64,000 bases of DNA, taken from contig OZ234493.1 in assembly GCA_965153455.1 (NCBI GenBank), positions 32,292,213 to 32,356,212 on the forward strand. Reading direction: 5' to 3'. The translations under genes and the position numbers were made by a program. Numbering within the stretch: the stretch's first letter is position 1; every line of letters begins with the position of its first letter. Below the pieces are notes generated by a model that saw only the letters and a list, made by a program, of their open reading frames with translations, did not search any database and was not told where the DNA came from. Positions 24,001-37,400 of this stretch are shown in pieces. The DNA comes from Sphagnum compactum. Lineage: Eukaryota.

Positions 24001-26916
24001 GCTTTAAAAGTTGGTTTAAAATAATAGGTACATTAGTTGAAGGATATCATGAAATTGCCTAGGGAGCCTTTTTTTTAAATGAATAAAATTTTGATGCATA
24101 TATCATTGGTGGTTTTAGTAAATATAACATTAGTCCAATCAACATGGCTATAAATGGTTTTGTTGAAAAGGTGTGAAATAAGTTGAATGAATTGAATTAT
24201 GTGTGATATGGCTTATTAAATTATAATATTATATAAGTGTGAAATGTCTTCTTTCCTTAGTGCTCATAATACATGGGTGACATCATTCACATATGCCTCA
24301 CATGCAATATTTAGTTTTTATCACCTTGAAAAGTGTCAAAGAAGGTGTTGAAAAAGCCAATTTGTCTAGTAGCAAAGTTTTTGGTTACTTGTGTTGCACA
24401 CCACCTTATTGGTGTATATGCCTTCCAAGTTGATTGCTAGAGCTTGGATTTTTCAAGTTGAGTTTATCTCATTTGCACAATCACAAGTTGAAGCACAAAC
24501 TTGGCCAAATCCAAATGTACCTTCATGACATGGTACCTTCCAAGAACAAGGGCTTCCACCATCCACTATTACATGTGAAGAGTTTAATAACCCATTTTGT
24601 CATGAGAACCACCACCCAATTTTGAAAATCTATTTTGGGGATTTGTTTCATTATCTACGAATTTGTTATGATTATCTTCTTTGTTTATTGAACTCTTTAA
24701 ATTGATACATGGTATTAAGTATGTCCTTTAAATTGAAGCCTTATTATCATTCAATTGGGGTTTTATCTTTCAAACTCATGGCAAAAAAAAAGGTTATAAT
24801 CCAAATCTAATGTGCACTTTAAAAGGTTCCAAGTTCCTTTAAAGATATATATGGAATCAAGGTCATGTCAATAAGGTCCTTTTGTTTCCTTCCCCTTAAA
24901 GTCTTAGGCCCAAGAGATTCTGATAAGTGCTTTTGGTCCATCACCATGCTTGTACTTACTTTCTCTTTGCCTCAATTGTGGGCTTTCCCCCCTCATGATG
25001 GACAATGATGGCTTCAAATCTAAGGACATCCCCATCTACACCAACCATCATCACCAAGGTTAGCATGCATTTTTCCAAACAATGCTTTTGTTTGTCAACC
25101 CTGTGAATGGGAGCAAAAGCATCAAATTTTCAAATAAGCTTACTAAAATTTCTAATCATGTTTTTACTCATTCTTGCAAAAAATTATATTAGAATTAATT
25201 GTGATATTTAGAAGAAGGGAAACTCTCAACCACATCCTTCATTTTGAAGGATAGGGTTGACATCATCCAGCCTCCCTTTCAATGCCCTCAAATTTAAGGC
25301 ATAGTTATATTCATATAAGTTGGCATGTTTGACTACAACATTATTGAACTCCAACCCTAATTTAATGTTTTTGTTAATTTGTCAAAATTTAAAGGTTAAT
25401 TGTCTTTCATAGTTATTTTTTGTTCTAGTCAAGTTCCATTGTAACCTCGTACTCTTGTCATTTTTTGCCTACAAGGAAAGTGGTGGTAGTGTGTGGATGT
25501 TCTAATACCTTGTCATTTTTTTGTTTGGTCTCCCAAATGACGATTTCTCTCTTTTAATTTCTAGCTTTTAGTATGAGAGATGGGCATTACTATAGCCTGA
25601 TAAACCACACTTTTGGAGTCAATTCCATAACACCCTAGATTTGTTCTAAGACGAGCTTCACAATCTACATGTAAATCTAGTTTGATGGGTTTTGTCAAAT
25701 CTGGTGGCACTTAACTTGGGTTTGGGCATGGTGCAAAAAAGTACAATTCAAAATCCAAAAATTGTTTGATCAGAAATTTCAATGAATGACAAACAATGTT
25801 TATGAAAATGTTGCCAAGCAAGGGGGCTTTGTTTACTTGAATTTGCCTTCACCCTTTTAATGGGAACACACAAAATTAATTCCACTTCAGATGAAGTATT
25901 CCATGAGATTTTAGGGATCATTTGAAATCATGAATAAAGTTCCCCATGATTACAAGAAGACAATTTCAAGCTCAATTTTCCTTTCTTATTCATGTGGGCC
26001 CTTCTACTTGTTTGGAACTTGGGTCATGCTTATTCTCCCTTTTAATCGCATAATTCTCTTGTTGAATTGAGCATTTGGCATGGGTTCCAATTGAGTCAAG
26101 GAAAGAAGTCTTGCCAATTCTGTAGACCTAATTTGACCGTGTGTGTCACCCTAAGGTTCTTGAAATGCATTGTTTATTGTATGAAGTCTAAAGTATAGTA
26201 GCTTAAGGGATTTTTATAGGCCCCTAGGTAATAATAGCTCTATTTTTGTATGAGGATTTTTGAAAGATGATATTTTGGCTTGTGTTGAAACTCGAGAGAT
26301 TAGTTATAGAGTTATAATATCTTGAAGGATTTTGGTTTCTTTTAGAGGAAGTTTTTGAGGATTATATACTACTAGCATGGTGGAAATATTTGAATTTTCA
26401 TAATTCTTGTTTCGCCTTAAGATTCTTTTTAATGTGAATGGCAAGGCCGTAGTGTGACACACCCGTTGTTTTTGTGGGATTTTGTGATGTAGCTGAAGTC
26501 ACAACCATCCCTAAGGTGATTTAGCCATGAGATTTGGCTACATACTAGATATGACAGGAGAAAAAAAACCACAAAAAAATCCTTCTATACTCTTGGTTAT
26601 ACCAGCATTTCTTTTGTTCTGCATTTTTTCAAATACTTGGAATCAGAGGCTATTAAAAATACCAAAGAACCGGCCGCTCACACTGGATATATAATAATAG
26701 CTAGGCCAGCTGATTGAACCTTAAGGTGCAGCCATTCTGTTCTACCGCCTACGTATGTCTTTCCATTAGGCTGTTATGATCACAACAGAAAATTTTCTGA
26801 TCACAACAGCTTTCTTTCGATTATTGTGTGCTCACAACTTGGTCATCTCACAACTCTACTAGTCAAGCATTAACCAAATTTCAGGATTTTAAAGAAAGAG
26901 TGACATAGGTTTTTTT

Positions 26917-27036
26917 TGATGAGAACATGTGTTCTTAGAAGTTCCTAACATGATTAATAACATATTTTCAACAGCATGATGAGAACATGTGGTCTTAGAA
27001 GTTCCTAACATGATTAATAACATATTTTCAACAGCA
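26917..27036. repeat. 60-bp tandem duplication, 2 copies with 1 mismatch
   Basis: tgatgagaacatgtg(t/g)tcttagaagttcctaacatgattaataacatattttcaacagca occurs at 26917 and 26977. Confidence 0.95.
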
Positions 27037-27260
27037 TATTTCGTGCAACTAGCTCTCCAATGGAAAGCACCTGACCCAGTCAGTGCAGCAAGAAACAAGG
27101 CCTTATGTCAATGGCTTTGCCATCTAGATGCTCTCTCTAATCCAGTCACACACACAGCGATTAGGCTGCTCTAATTTTTTTTTGTATCAGAAGCGAAAAG
27201 GGCCATATACGGCCGATTCCGCCATGTGCTGCGGAGCGGCCGGTTCTCTAGTCCTTTATG

Positions 27261-27277
27261 TGACGCAGCTTCTGACG
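27261..27277 (+). promoter_or_regulatory. as-1/ocs-like element (TGA bZIP site)
   Basis: TGACG-cagcttc-TGACG has the TGACG-N7-TGACG spacing of as-1. It lies in a CpG-rich island ~420 bp upstream of the ORF at 27684. Confidence 0.55.
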
Positions 27278-27683
27278 CCAGAATCTAGTCTTCTTGCGGG
27301 GGCCCGCGCAATTTGCGTCCGGAATGTGCTCTGCGAGATAACAAAGGAACCAATTGAAAAAGTGCTTTTACGGACTTCAAGAGATTCGGGAAGTCCAGAG
27401 TCAATCGATGGCATTTTAAGTGGACCATGTGGACCAAGTTATGTGGGCCAATTGGGTTGGAAGTGGACTTTGCGAGCACCACAGACGTGTTCTTCGGCGC
27501 AGTGCTAAGTAGGTACCACCATGGACTTCGACTGCATACTACGCATAAGTCCCGCGCGCACTGCACTGCACTGCACTGCGCGAGCTCTCGCCCATGGACT
27601 TGTGCGTACGCTTAAGGCCCCACTGCAGCGATCCAGCAGCAGCAGCAGCATTGCAGTTCACAACCATGTGCCTCAACAATTGA

Positions 27684-28346
27684 ATGCAAAAACATAAAAT
27701 GGCTCTCAGTTCTTTATCACCATCTCCTATTGAAAAGCATAATGGCAAAGTTGTGGAGCAGGTGCATGTGAGTGGCAATATTTGGAAGCGGTTGCAACGG
27801 AGCTGCTGTAAGAGCTTGGAGGCACTAGTAGTTGTGGTTGGCCGTAAGAAGAAGAGTGCGAAATTGAGGAGTACGCAACGTCGGCGTGTTGATCACCGGC
27901 CCGTGGGTCGTAAATTAGTACTAACCTCCGTGAATCCATTTCGTCTCCTGGCGAAACTCAGGGATGCGTACGTGAACATGATGAACACTGCGGCGTCGTC
28001 AGGCTATTTCGACGACGCCGCCATGGCCATGTGCCTTGATTCTTGGCAGTTTTCTGCAGCAGCTTGCGACAAGAACAGCTCTGATCAGTGTGCAGGTGAC
28101 CTTGCTATTGTCGCTCTCAACCTCGTTGCGCTCGAGATAAGCAGCAGCAGCAGCTCGAATATTGCCACGAACCTTGAAGTCAACGGGGCCGCACCCAAAC
28201 TACCGGACTTGGGCTCGAAACTTACCAACAGCTCAAACCAGCAGCTGCGGACCATCGATGTTGCTGCAGGATCAGGTTCTTTCGTTAAGCGGTCTGTGCA
28301 CGTCCAGACGACCAGTTCATTGTTGCACACCAGTATCATGGAATGA
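27684..28346 (+). CDS. Uncharacterised plant protein, intronless, 220 aa (alternative start at 27699)
   Basis: Long, GC-rich, CpG-retaining ORF. A basic N-terminal half is followed by NPFRLLAKLRDAYVNMM, which resembles the 'LRDAYVxMM' motif I recall from a family of uncharacterised plant proteins. Confidence 0.75.
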   Translation: MQKHKMALSSLSPSPIEKHNGKVVEQVHVSGNIWKRLQRSCCKSLEALVVVVGRKKKSAKLRSTQRRRVDHRPVGRKLVLTSVNPFRLLAKLRDAYVNMMNTAASSGYFDDAAMAMCLDSWQFSAAACDKNSSDQCAGDLAIVALNLVALEISSSSSSNIATNLEVNGAAPKLPDLGSKLTNSSNQQLRTIDVAAGSGSFVKRSVHVQTTSSLLHTSIME

Positions 28347-29644
28347 TATTAGCACCTGGACAAGTGAATCTAGTTTGTAGTAGATTGTAGGATCTTTTTT
28401 TTCCACCAAATTGCAATTTCTAGCATTGCAATTTGCTAGAATGTAACGTGTAGTATTGCTAGTTGAACAATATGGCTGCTAATTCCAATCCTTGAATTTG
28501 GTGTTCACCTAGCTAGTACTGTGCAGACCTGACTTCAGATTGTAGAACATGATTTGGTCATGTTGTGCAGGCTCCATGGAAGCTTTGGATTATGTGCTTT
28601 GGATCATATAAAGATTAAGGATCTATGGTTAGCAGATCATATAGTTGACTAATTTTATAGTTCTTTCTTAATATCCTGGAGCCCTTTGCAAATTAACATC
28701 CTCAAATACAAAGCAAATGGACTTCTGGGAATGTAATTTCTTTTGCTACCTTTTGGTCTACCCTAGCTGTACCTGCATGAACTTCTTACCCTTAAATTGC
28801 AGAGCTTGAATCTTCATGTCCATCTCTAGTGCTTCTTTAATGTGATCCTTGAATACCTAAACTAGAGCTTCTCATGTAAAAGTACTGAACAACATTGACA
28901 ACACTGCAATCATGAGCATGGTGCATGGCCACTACACAGTCAACCCTAGGTCTCTTGTCACCCCCAAAAATTTGGAAACAATCAATTGGCTGAAAAAAGT
29001 AGCAAACTGATTCTTTCTCAGAACGAGAGATTTGTAAAAAAAAATATTTAACACCCATTCTTTGATCTCCTTCCTAGAGTTTCTGAACATGTGCATTTTT
29101 GCTTCCAGATGAAAATAGGATCAAGCTCGCAGTCTAACATCACGATGCTCATGTGAAATTCTCATGTTCATGTCAAGAGTATTTCTTGTTGTTGGACCCA
29201 GATTGTACTCGTACTCGAGAAATAAATTTCATGTAGGGCTCCTGATGAAATTACTTGAGCTGAAGTTGAACTCACCAAATTTACTCAATCCTTCCATGCA
29301 AAGTCAACAAATGAGAAGATCCATGAAAGAAACATTTGAACACTTAAATTCAAGTCATCTAGAGAAATTAGTTGTATCTTGTTAAATTGTAGAAATTCCA
29401 AGTTTGGGAGTTTGGTCTTCATTCGGAGACAAACTTCTGAGCTATGACTTGCTATGACCATATGAGAACATCAAACAAAAAGACCTGGATTGTGGGTTGT
29501 CATTTGAAAGAAGTCATACCCAAAAGCACAAAGCTTCAAGTTTTGAGGATCATGCTTGAGAAGGTGGCCCAATCAGGCAATGTAACCTGGGTACATTGGG
29601 TTTGTGAGCCAAGCATGAGACCAGGTTGTGTTTTGTGTGTTGTA

Positions 29645-29895
29645 AAGACCAGTGTGGGGCGGGTCTTTGATTTCTGTGATAACCATCAGTTCCAGGCAAA
29701 TGAAACAACAGAATCGAAGAATTGCTGGGTCTGGGTATTTGCAAAAACATCAGAATCAAAGAACTGCCAGTTCCAGGTAATTTCAAAAACTTCAAAGAAC
29801 CATTGGGTTTCATGAAGAACCAGCAACTTGAGCTGACAGTTTTCTAGGTGGTTAATTGACTTATTAGAAATCGAGAACCATGGTTATATAATAGA
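29645..29895. repeat. Dispersed repeat/MITE fragment with AAAGAAC(C/T)G-type motifs
   Basis: Begins ccagtgtggggcgggtc and contains repeated aagaa(c/t)..c motifs. Related fragments lie at 26640-26686 (…aaagaaccggccgctcacactgg) and 63340-63760. Confidence 0.4.
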
Positions 29896-30017
29896 ATAGG
29901 CATGGGGTTGTGAACATTCTAGCATAATTGATGTATCGCACAACCATTTTTATTTTGTTGCCATAATCATTGTTTTCCCCCTAGGGGTTCCTCAGGCTAG
30001 TTGGGCGCAATATCCCG

Positions 30018-33000
30018 TTGGCAATGAATTTTTGCTCATGCAACCAAGTGCAGACAAATAATAACTTTTGCACTGAAGTAGTTGATGTCGTGAATTGCAA
30101 TGGCAACTTTGTTGAGCTAGAGCAAGAAACAGGTCTTGTAGAGCACAACCCAAGTGAGGAGCCTTTCACTGAAGATGTGAGCACTGACAACAGTCAGTTT
30201 GAGGAAGAGGTGAATGTTGTGGATTATGAGGAGCTGAGATGTCAGCGAATCACTGAGAACCAACAACAGCTCAACGAAATACTTCAAAAATGCAAGCTGG
30301 TACATTCTTCTTCTAGCCTACATTCCAGAACTTAAGCCTTAAACGACAATTTGTTCACTTGTTGGAGGCAAAGTTGAGATAAGGAGAATCATTTCTAAGG
30401 TGTTTTTGCATGGTAAAAACATTGCCAGAGGTTATTTGTTGCACCTCCAAGCATAATAGTCTTCTGGAACACTGTCAAGAGTCACATTGGATCAAAATAC
30501 AATGAACAGATGTTATGGAGATGTTGTTGGGTTGGAATAGTTCATGTGTAGATCCAACGTCTGTAGTTTGTTATTTGCAATACGTTTGGAAGCATGGGTA
30601 TTGGATGACAGGTGTGGGTGGAATAAAGCTGGAAGGAGTACTTCTAATCAAAGAAAACACACCAGAAAAGGCATCTGTCCATGCAATTGCAACAACTAGT
30701 GAGCCTCCACGACGCAACTCTAGGATTATGAATATGCAAGTGCCAAATATGGCAAAAAATGATGACCCGAACTTGTATGATGAACTTACCTTTGGGTTTC
30801 TAGGAGATCACGAGGAATTTGATCCTGATGAAGAACATTGCCACCACCCTGATGAAGGGATTGGTGATAGTGGCCAAGAGTTGGATACTATGCGCAAAGT
30901 GCAAAGGGATTAAACAACACACCCACAATTACAAGAGAAGTAAATTTGCATTTTTGCTATCCAAAATGGGGTTGTGTTTCTGTCAATTGTGTTAGGTGGG
31001 CTTTGGCACTTGGGGTGCATGCATGGGAGAGATGAGTTTGTTTTTTGCAAGAAATTGGTAGATACTAGTTTTGTATTAGTCAAAAGTATGTGTAGGTAGC
31101 AGGTTTGAGGTACCCATCACAATCAACAAGTGGCACTGCCCCTTAAGGTAATTTCGGTGGCCACAACCCTTGACCACCACAACAAAGCCCTTTGCAGCAA
31201 CCATAACATCCTGTTAGTGGTGGACGGTCTACAGCAAGACCTAGTCAAGATCTTATGTGTTTGTATTTTGCTACAAAAAGGCAAGACCCCCATTATTGAA
31301 ACCCTGAGAACCACTCTTTGTCATTTGATGGGTCTGATGAAGTGGCGACTTATAGTTCAAGGTAGGATGCATGAGGGCAATTAGGATGTTTTTGAATCTA
31401 GTCTGCAACCTCCAAGTGTTAAAATTGGAGGAACCCTTTTAGTTGCACAATTTTTTGAAGCTGATTTGAAACGATTGCATCAAAACATTGTCTATAAATG
31501 GAATTGAAACAATGCAAAACAAATGAAGAACCAGATGGTGGTAGCTCTTGGGGAGGACCCAAAGAAGTTCCTTATTACTGTCCACACAAATGGGTGGCCA
31601 TGTGGTGATGCTTGGAACACATGGATTTCAACATTGAAAAACCATGTTTTTGAAAGTTGGATATTACCAAACCCATTGACCACCAAAATAGTGATAAGTT
31701 ACAACAGGTGATGACTGATTTGGATGCACAATTTCCGTACAATGAGCTAAGTCTAAATTTTGACCACATGCGGCAGACAACTAGGAGATTACTGAAGACA
31801 AAACGATGGGAGTGGTCTAAAATCTATAAAGAAGGTTATGTGTTCCTAATTGCATACATGTGCCTTAATTAGTGGCAATTATGCATTGCATTGTTTCTAG
31901 TTGTTTACGCCCAGTTCCAATTCCTATTTTCAAATGGCTAATTGTTGAAGATGGAAGTAAACCCTCTGTCAAATCGTAGAGGTGGCTGTAGGTGAAAAGT
32001 GAAGATAAACCTTGATTGTTGTTTAATGTCTATGGATTCCATTGACAGGTGGTCCAAGGCCCGACTAGTGCGAAGAAACAAATTGGGTGGCTTTGTGTGC
32101 TTATTGGAGTACCCTGACATTCTTGGAATGATGAGAAAACTTGTGCCATGCATGTGCATAAGTGAAAAATGTGTCTAAGATTGATCGTGGTGGGCTAGTC
32201 CAACAAGAAGCTAGATTTGTAAGTGGGGTCTTGTTTCGAATACGGCAGCAAATTTGTGGTCTTTGGTAAATTTTCAAATGCAATTTAAAGACAATATAGG
32301 TTGAGAATGCATTAGGTTTCTTGGGTCTAATTTGTCCTTGGGTGTGAGTGGTAGGTGTCAGTAACTAGGCAGACACCATCACTTGGAGAGATGCAAAGTG
32401 TGAATGAAGGTCTTGGTTCAGCTAGCAATGCATCCGTGGTATGTCACTAGAGAACTTTGCCCTAGAAAATTGGCTTTATGTTTCTATTGTAGGCTATTAA
32501 TACTTTGTTTAAAGGAATATTGAGTAGTTTGTCAAACTTTCTTCATCAAGTAAACTCATATTCATATATTGAGACAAATGCATCCTTGGTTTATTACATT
32601 CATAGGAGGGTAGTTGTTATTGTTTATAACAAATTGGATGACTCTTCTCCCAATTTCTGCAATTTGGTAGATTTCATACATTTATATGTAATTATGCTAA
32701 TGGTATTGGAAGTTCTTAGACAACAACCATCAAAGGATATGGTGTTCGGGGTTGATTTCATTTGTGCTTAAATGGAGGCAATAGTTGTATTGGTCTTATG
32801 AAAATGTGTAATATGGTCATTTTGGATTAGGGTAAAGGGAAGTCATCAGACATTGTGGCAGTTGTAGAGGATGCTTCACCAAACGTAGAAGTTAAACTTC
32901 TATTCTATCAAGAATGAAATTTTTAAAGACAAGAGTTCATATGTTCACAATGTGACAATGACCGAGACTAGTCTAAAGATGAAGAGTTGTGAGCCCGAGC
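30018..33000 (+). pseudogene. CACTA ORF2 (TnpA-like, Ptta/En-Spm Transposase_24-like) relic, multi-exon
   Basis: Fragments DYEELRCQRITENQQQL; GWPCGDAWNTWISTLK; LDAQFPY...RLLKTKRWEWSKIYKEG; GPRPD*CEETNWVALCAYWST...E**ENL...A*VKNVSKIDRGG (P...W..L..YW...N...G pattern). Carries frameshifts and in-frame stops, with splice-site remnants. Confidence 0.6.
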
Positions 33001-33449
33001 CTTATAACAAAAGATGAGCAACATCTGTCATTATGGAAGGTGTCTGCACTTGTTTTGCTTGTTCATGAGGAAGCTAGTTGATCAAGTTTTTGCCCACTTT
33101 GAATAGTATCTTTTGACTTTATCCAAGTTAGGATCATTGAGCCTCATTAATAAGGACTCTAATTCTATTCTCATTAATGAACTCCCACATTTGGTTGTAA
33201 CACATCATTTGTGGCCTTGTCTTAAAAAAAGGTTGTCAATTTCCTTGATCTATTTTCTTTGTCATGTGAGTTGACATTAAAAGGAATTCTTGAACACATC
33301 CATTCAATGGAATGCCTTGGATTTTACACAACTTAATTCTCCAACATATCACAAGTACCATGTACCTCATATTTATATTCAACACTTTTTGTTGAAATCG
33401 TTAATTTTTTGGAAAAAATAGGTTCAAAATTTCATTTTATAATTTTTTT

Positions 33450-34429
33450 CATTTTCATTTTTTTGAATAAATAGTTTATTATTATTTGAATCGCAAGACA
33501 AATGAAATGTTACAATTCTTGAGACAATTAGGAGTACATTCAATCTTTAAACATGGAAGTCTTCTTTGCCAATTTGGTATTGGATTCTTACAAGAACTAT
33601 TTGCATTCATTTAGTTAGTTAGTTAGTAAATCACCTATTAAATATATAGTTTACAAACTTGAAAAAGAAGACAAAGGATATGAGATAAATTCTTTTGTTG
33701 CAACTTAGTCGCAAACTAGTTTGCATCTCAAAAATTTATCCCATATGTACATGTTTTGTCTTCCATTTCCATCTTGTAAAAGTATATAAGGAAGATATTT
33801 TGCTTTACATTTTATACTAAAAACATGTGTAACTTGGGATGAGCCAATGAGAAAGGCTTAACCCTAAAGGCTAAACCTAAAATAAAATTTAAATATTTAC
33901 ATATCTACTTCCAATTTACCTACCTAGTCCTACCTATTTTCTTTCCTACCTACTTACATTTTTACCTACTTACCTACCTACATAGATACCTACCTAAATA
34001 TTGATTTCAACGTATTTTGGCCAAAATTCAATTTACATGCCATGTGGCAATTTTTTTATTGTGCCACATGGCATGATCTAACACCATCCAAAACAAGTGA
34101 TGAAGATCCAATATGTAATTTAAAAGCATAATTTAAAACAATATTACATGTTGTCACATGGCATTTTGTAATGGGTTATAACATGTAGTTAATTGCAAAT
34201 AATGGTGAGTAGTTGCAAACTTTATTCGAATGGTCAATGGATGAAGGTATATATGTTGACCGTTACATCATCCATCTAGAATGTGATGACATCATGTTAA
34301 GTCATCATATGCGACTAGATGTTGCATGCGACTTCACTTATGCAACTAATGGAATTTTAATTATACATGTTGGTTGTAACTTATTTTAGTTGTAAATTAT
34401 AGTCACAAATTGAGACTTTTTTTCTAGTG
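33450..34429 (+). mobile_element. CACTA right subterminal region and terminus
   Basis: Ends ...GACTTTTTTTCTAGTG (reverse complement CACTAGAAAAAAAG) after many (A)GTTGC/GCAACT repeats. Confidence 0.6.
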
Positions 34430-34449
34430 AAAAAATAAAATGTAATGAG

Positions 34450-37400
34450 GCACTCATGGAAACATTGTTTGCAGAAGTAGGATGCCCATTTTATGAGGGT
34501 TGTTCTACAAGCATGTTATCAATTATGTTATTATTGTTGAACTTGGACACAATCCATAATGTTTAAAACACTTTCATGGACGAGTTATTTTCGCTTTTAA
34601 AAAATGTGTTGTTGCCAAAAAACAATAAGATGCCATCCACCTTGTATGAGGCTTGCAAGTTAATTAAATCTTTTGGATTGATTTATGATTCAATTCATGC
34701 ATGTGTAAATGGGTGTGTCCTTTTTCAAAGGACTTTGAAGTATGTTCATGTGTGTCCCAAATGTGAGTCAAACAAGTATGTGGATGGATTAGGGGATGTC
34801 CCAAGGAAAGTGCTAAGACATTTTCCTCTAATTCCAAGGTTAATACGAATGTATAGATGCAAATCATTGGCAAAAATTTTAACTTGGCACAAAGATGGTG
34901 CAAGTTTTGATGTTTTACTTTAGAGTGTGCTAGATTCCAAAACTTGGAAATACATAGTAGGAAAGTTGCCAGAATTTGTTGTAGACCCCTGCAACATTAA
35001 GTTGGGGTTGGCAATTGATGGAGTGAACCTTTTTGGGGACCTCAGTTCATGCCATACAACATGGCCAATGGTTTTGTTAAATTATCATTTGCCACCATGA
35101 CTAGTTACCAAAAGACATTTTCTCAAGTTGGCCTTAATCATTCCGAGCAAAGAGTCTTGCACATCCGACAATGTGGATGTGTATTTGGAATGTTTAATTG
35201 AAGAATTATAGTTCTTGTGGAAAGGAGTTGAAGCCTTTGATGTATATTTGGGGGCAAAATTCACCCTAAAAGCCATGTGCATTTGAAGCATACATGATTT
35301 TCCTACTTACGGCCTATTTGTTGGTTGTGTGACGAAAGGGCATGTGGGATGCCCACCATGTGGTCTAGCTACAAAATATTGTTCTTAAAAAAGTTTAAAA
35401 TAATTAGTGTATTGTGGGAGTCATAGGTACTTGCCTAAGACCCATCCATATCCACGTGCTCAAACAACCTTTAATGGAAAACAGACAATAAGGTTGCACC
35501 TGTGAAAACATCTACAACATATATACAATTGAATGGGCTATAGAATGTGAATCATGTTTAGCAAGTCCGTGAAATAGAGCTGGGGGCAAAGCCAACCCTA
35601 TACACAAACATGGAATCAAGAGGTGGAACATCATGTTTCAACTACTATACTATAAGGTAAGTGTACATACATTGTTTTTGTGAAAATTGAATCAAGTTTA
35701 TGATATTCTAAAGGAGAAAGTTCAAAATGACTTCAATGTGGCTACAACTTGATTGTTGGAAATTTGCCAGGAATTGTTGATCAGAAATACATTGGATGTG
35801 ATGCATTATAAAAAAAATTGTGTGAGAATGTGATAAAATAGTTCGGGAAGATCTAAAAGAATGTGGTATAAGACCACATTTGTGGCTTCAACTTGATGGA
35901 GCTAGGTTTATTAAACACATAGCTTCATATGTTTTATCAGATGAAAAAAAGGACCCATTTTTCTAGATTATTCTAAACCTAAAAACCTTTACACACTATG
36001 TGTTTTCATTGAGGAAGAAAGTTCACAAGGATGGAGACCTCAAAGGAATGAAGTCACATAACTTTCATGTCATGATGCAAGACATAACACCTTTGTGCAT
36101 GTGACATTTGATGGCCAAAGGTTGTAGGATGGTGATCATCCGCTTGAACCATGTGTTTAAAAAATTGTGCAGCAAAGTTGTGGACCCAAACACAATAGCA
36201 AATCTCAAGGAGGACATGGTAATGACAATGGTATTATTAGAACAATAATTTCCTCCGTCCTTCTTTAACATAATGACATATCTCCTTATACACCTAGTTG
36301 AAGAACTAAAGATTTGCAGTCCAATACACACACGTTGGATCTATCCGATGGAACGTTACATGAAGACATTAAAGGGGTATGTGCGAAACAAAGCAAGGCC
36401 CGAGGGGAGTATGGTAGAAGGTTATGCAATAGAAAAGACATTAGGTTTCTGCACTAAATATTTATAAGACTTTACAACCACAAAGCGGAAGGTATGGGAT
36501 GATAAAGAAGAGCCTTGCATGTATGATGAAGTTTTTGAATGCAATGGGCATACATGAGTATTGACAATAGACTTCTAAGATATGGTGCACTGTTTTGTGC
36601 TTCAAATGCAAAGTTGATGGTTCCATGGCGTTTGTAATATGCCATTTATACTCTGTACCCAAAATCTGCATTAATTTTTCTAAAAGTGACATTATTTTAG
36701 GAAGCATTTGAAATCATTTATTTCACTTAGAATTATATGTTCAATGCAAAGTAATTCATTGAACATTATGATGGCAAGAAATACAAGGCAAAAGTTGATT
36801 TATGAAAGCAAGAGAGGCAATCCTTTTTAAATCATTGGGGCAACATCGAGCAAAGGCTCAAGTATTATTCCCAAATTTAACCAGTAGTTTTTTTTCCAAA
36901 TGGATTAGGATTGTTCTAGATTCTATTATAAAAAAGGGTGAAGTTATTGACAAAGGTACCATTCATATGTCAATGCCACCCACATTAAAAGCTAGAACAT
37001 ACCAAACAATGTATGCATTCAAAAACCACATCCATGTATGTAGTGCTGAAGAACATTTGACAACAAATGATAGCGGTGTGGCTAACATATTTAAATAGGA
37101 ATGCATATCTAGACCCAATGATCAAGACCAATTTTTGTCAAACTAAAATATGTAGGGTGGGTTGAGAAATTTTTGGAGTTGAATTGCGGGGTATTGAACA
37201 CAATCATGCTTTTTTGTAATAGGGTCAAAATAATTTATGTTGGTAGTGGTGCAACCATTAAGAAAGATGCGTATAATTTTACACTCATCAATTTCAATTC
37301 CCTTATTCTTATTTTAAACACATCATTTGTTTTCCCAATACATGTAAAACAAATATTTTATTTTAAAGATCCCAAGGAAAAGGGATGGAAGGTGGTTTTA

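Noticed and set aside
25560..25760. Minus-strand 'PPDLTKPIKLDLHVD' resembling a Ty3 RNase H linker
   Set aside because: Only a few residues match, and I see no RT, integrase or LTR nearby.
11200..26400. Numerous 60-120 aa ORFs in AT-rich DNA
   Set aside because: Compositionally biased chance ORFs with no motifs or consistent splice structure.
29164..29600. Fragments resembling an F-box/LRR protein (LKLNSPNL, LEKLVVSC, LQVLRIML)
   Set aside because: Short, interrupted by stops, and with no diagnostic motif; cannot be assigned without a search.
32445..32457. CACTAGAGAAC as left partner of the 34429 terminus
   Set aside because: Poor TIR match, flanks do not form a TSD, no subterminal repeats follow, and it lies inside the ORF2 relic.
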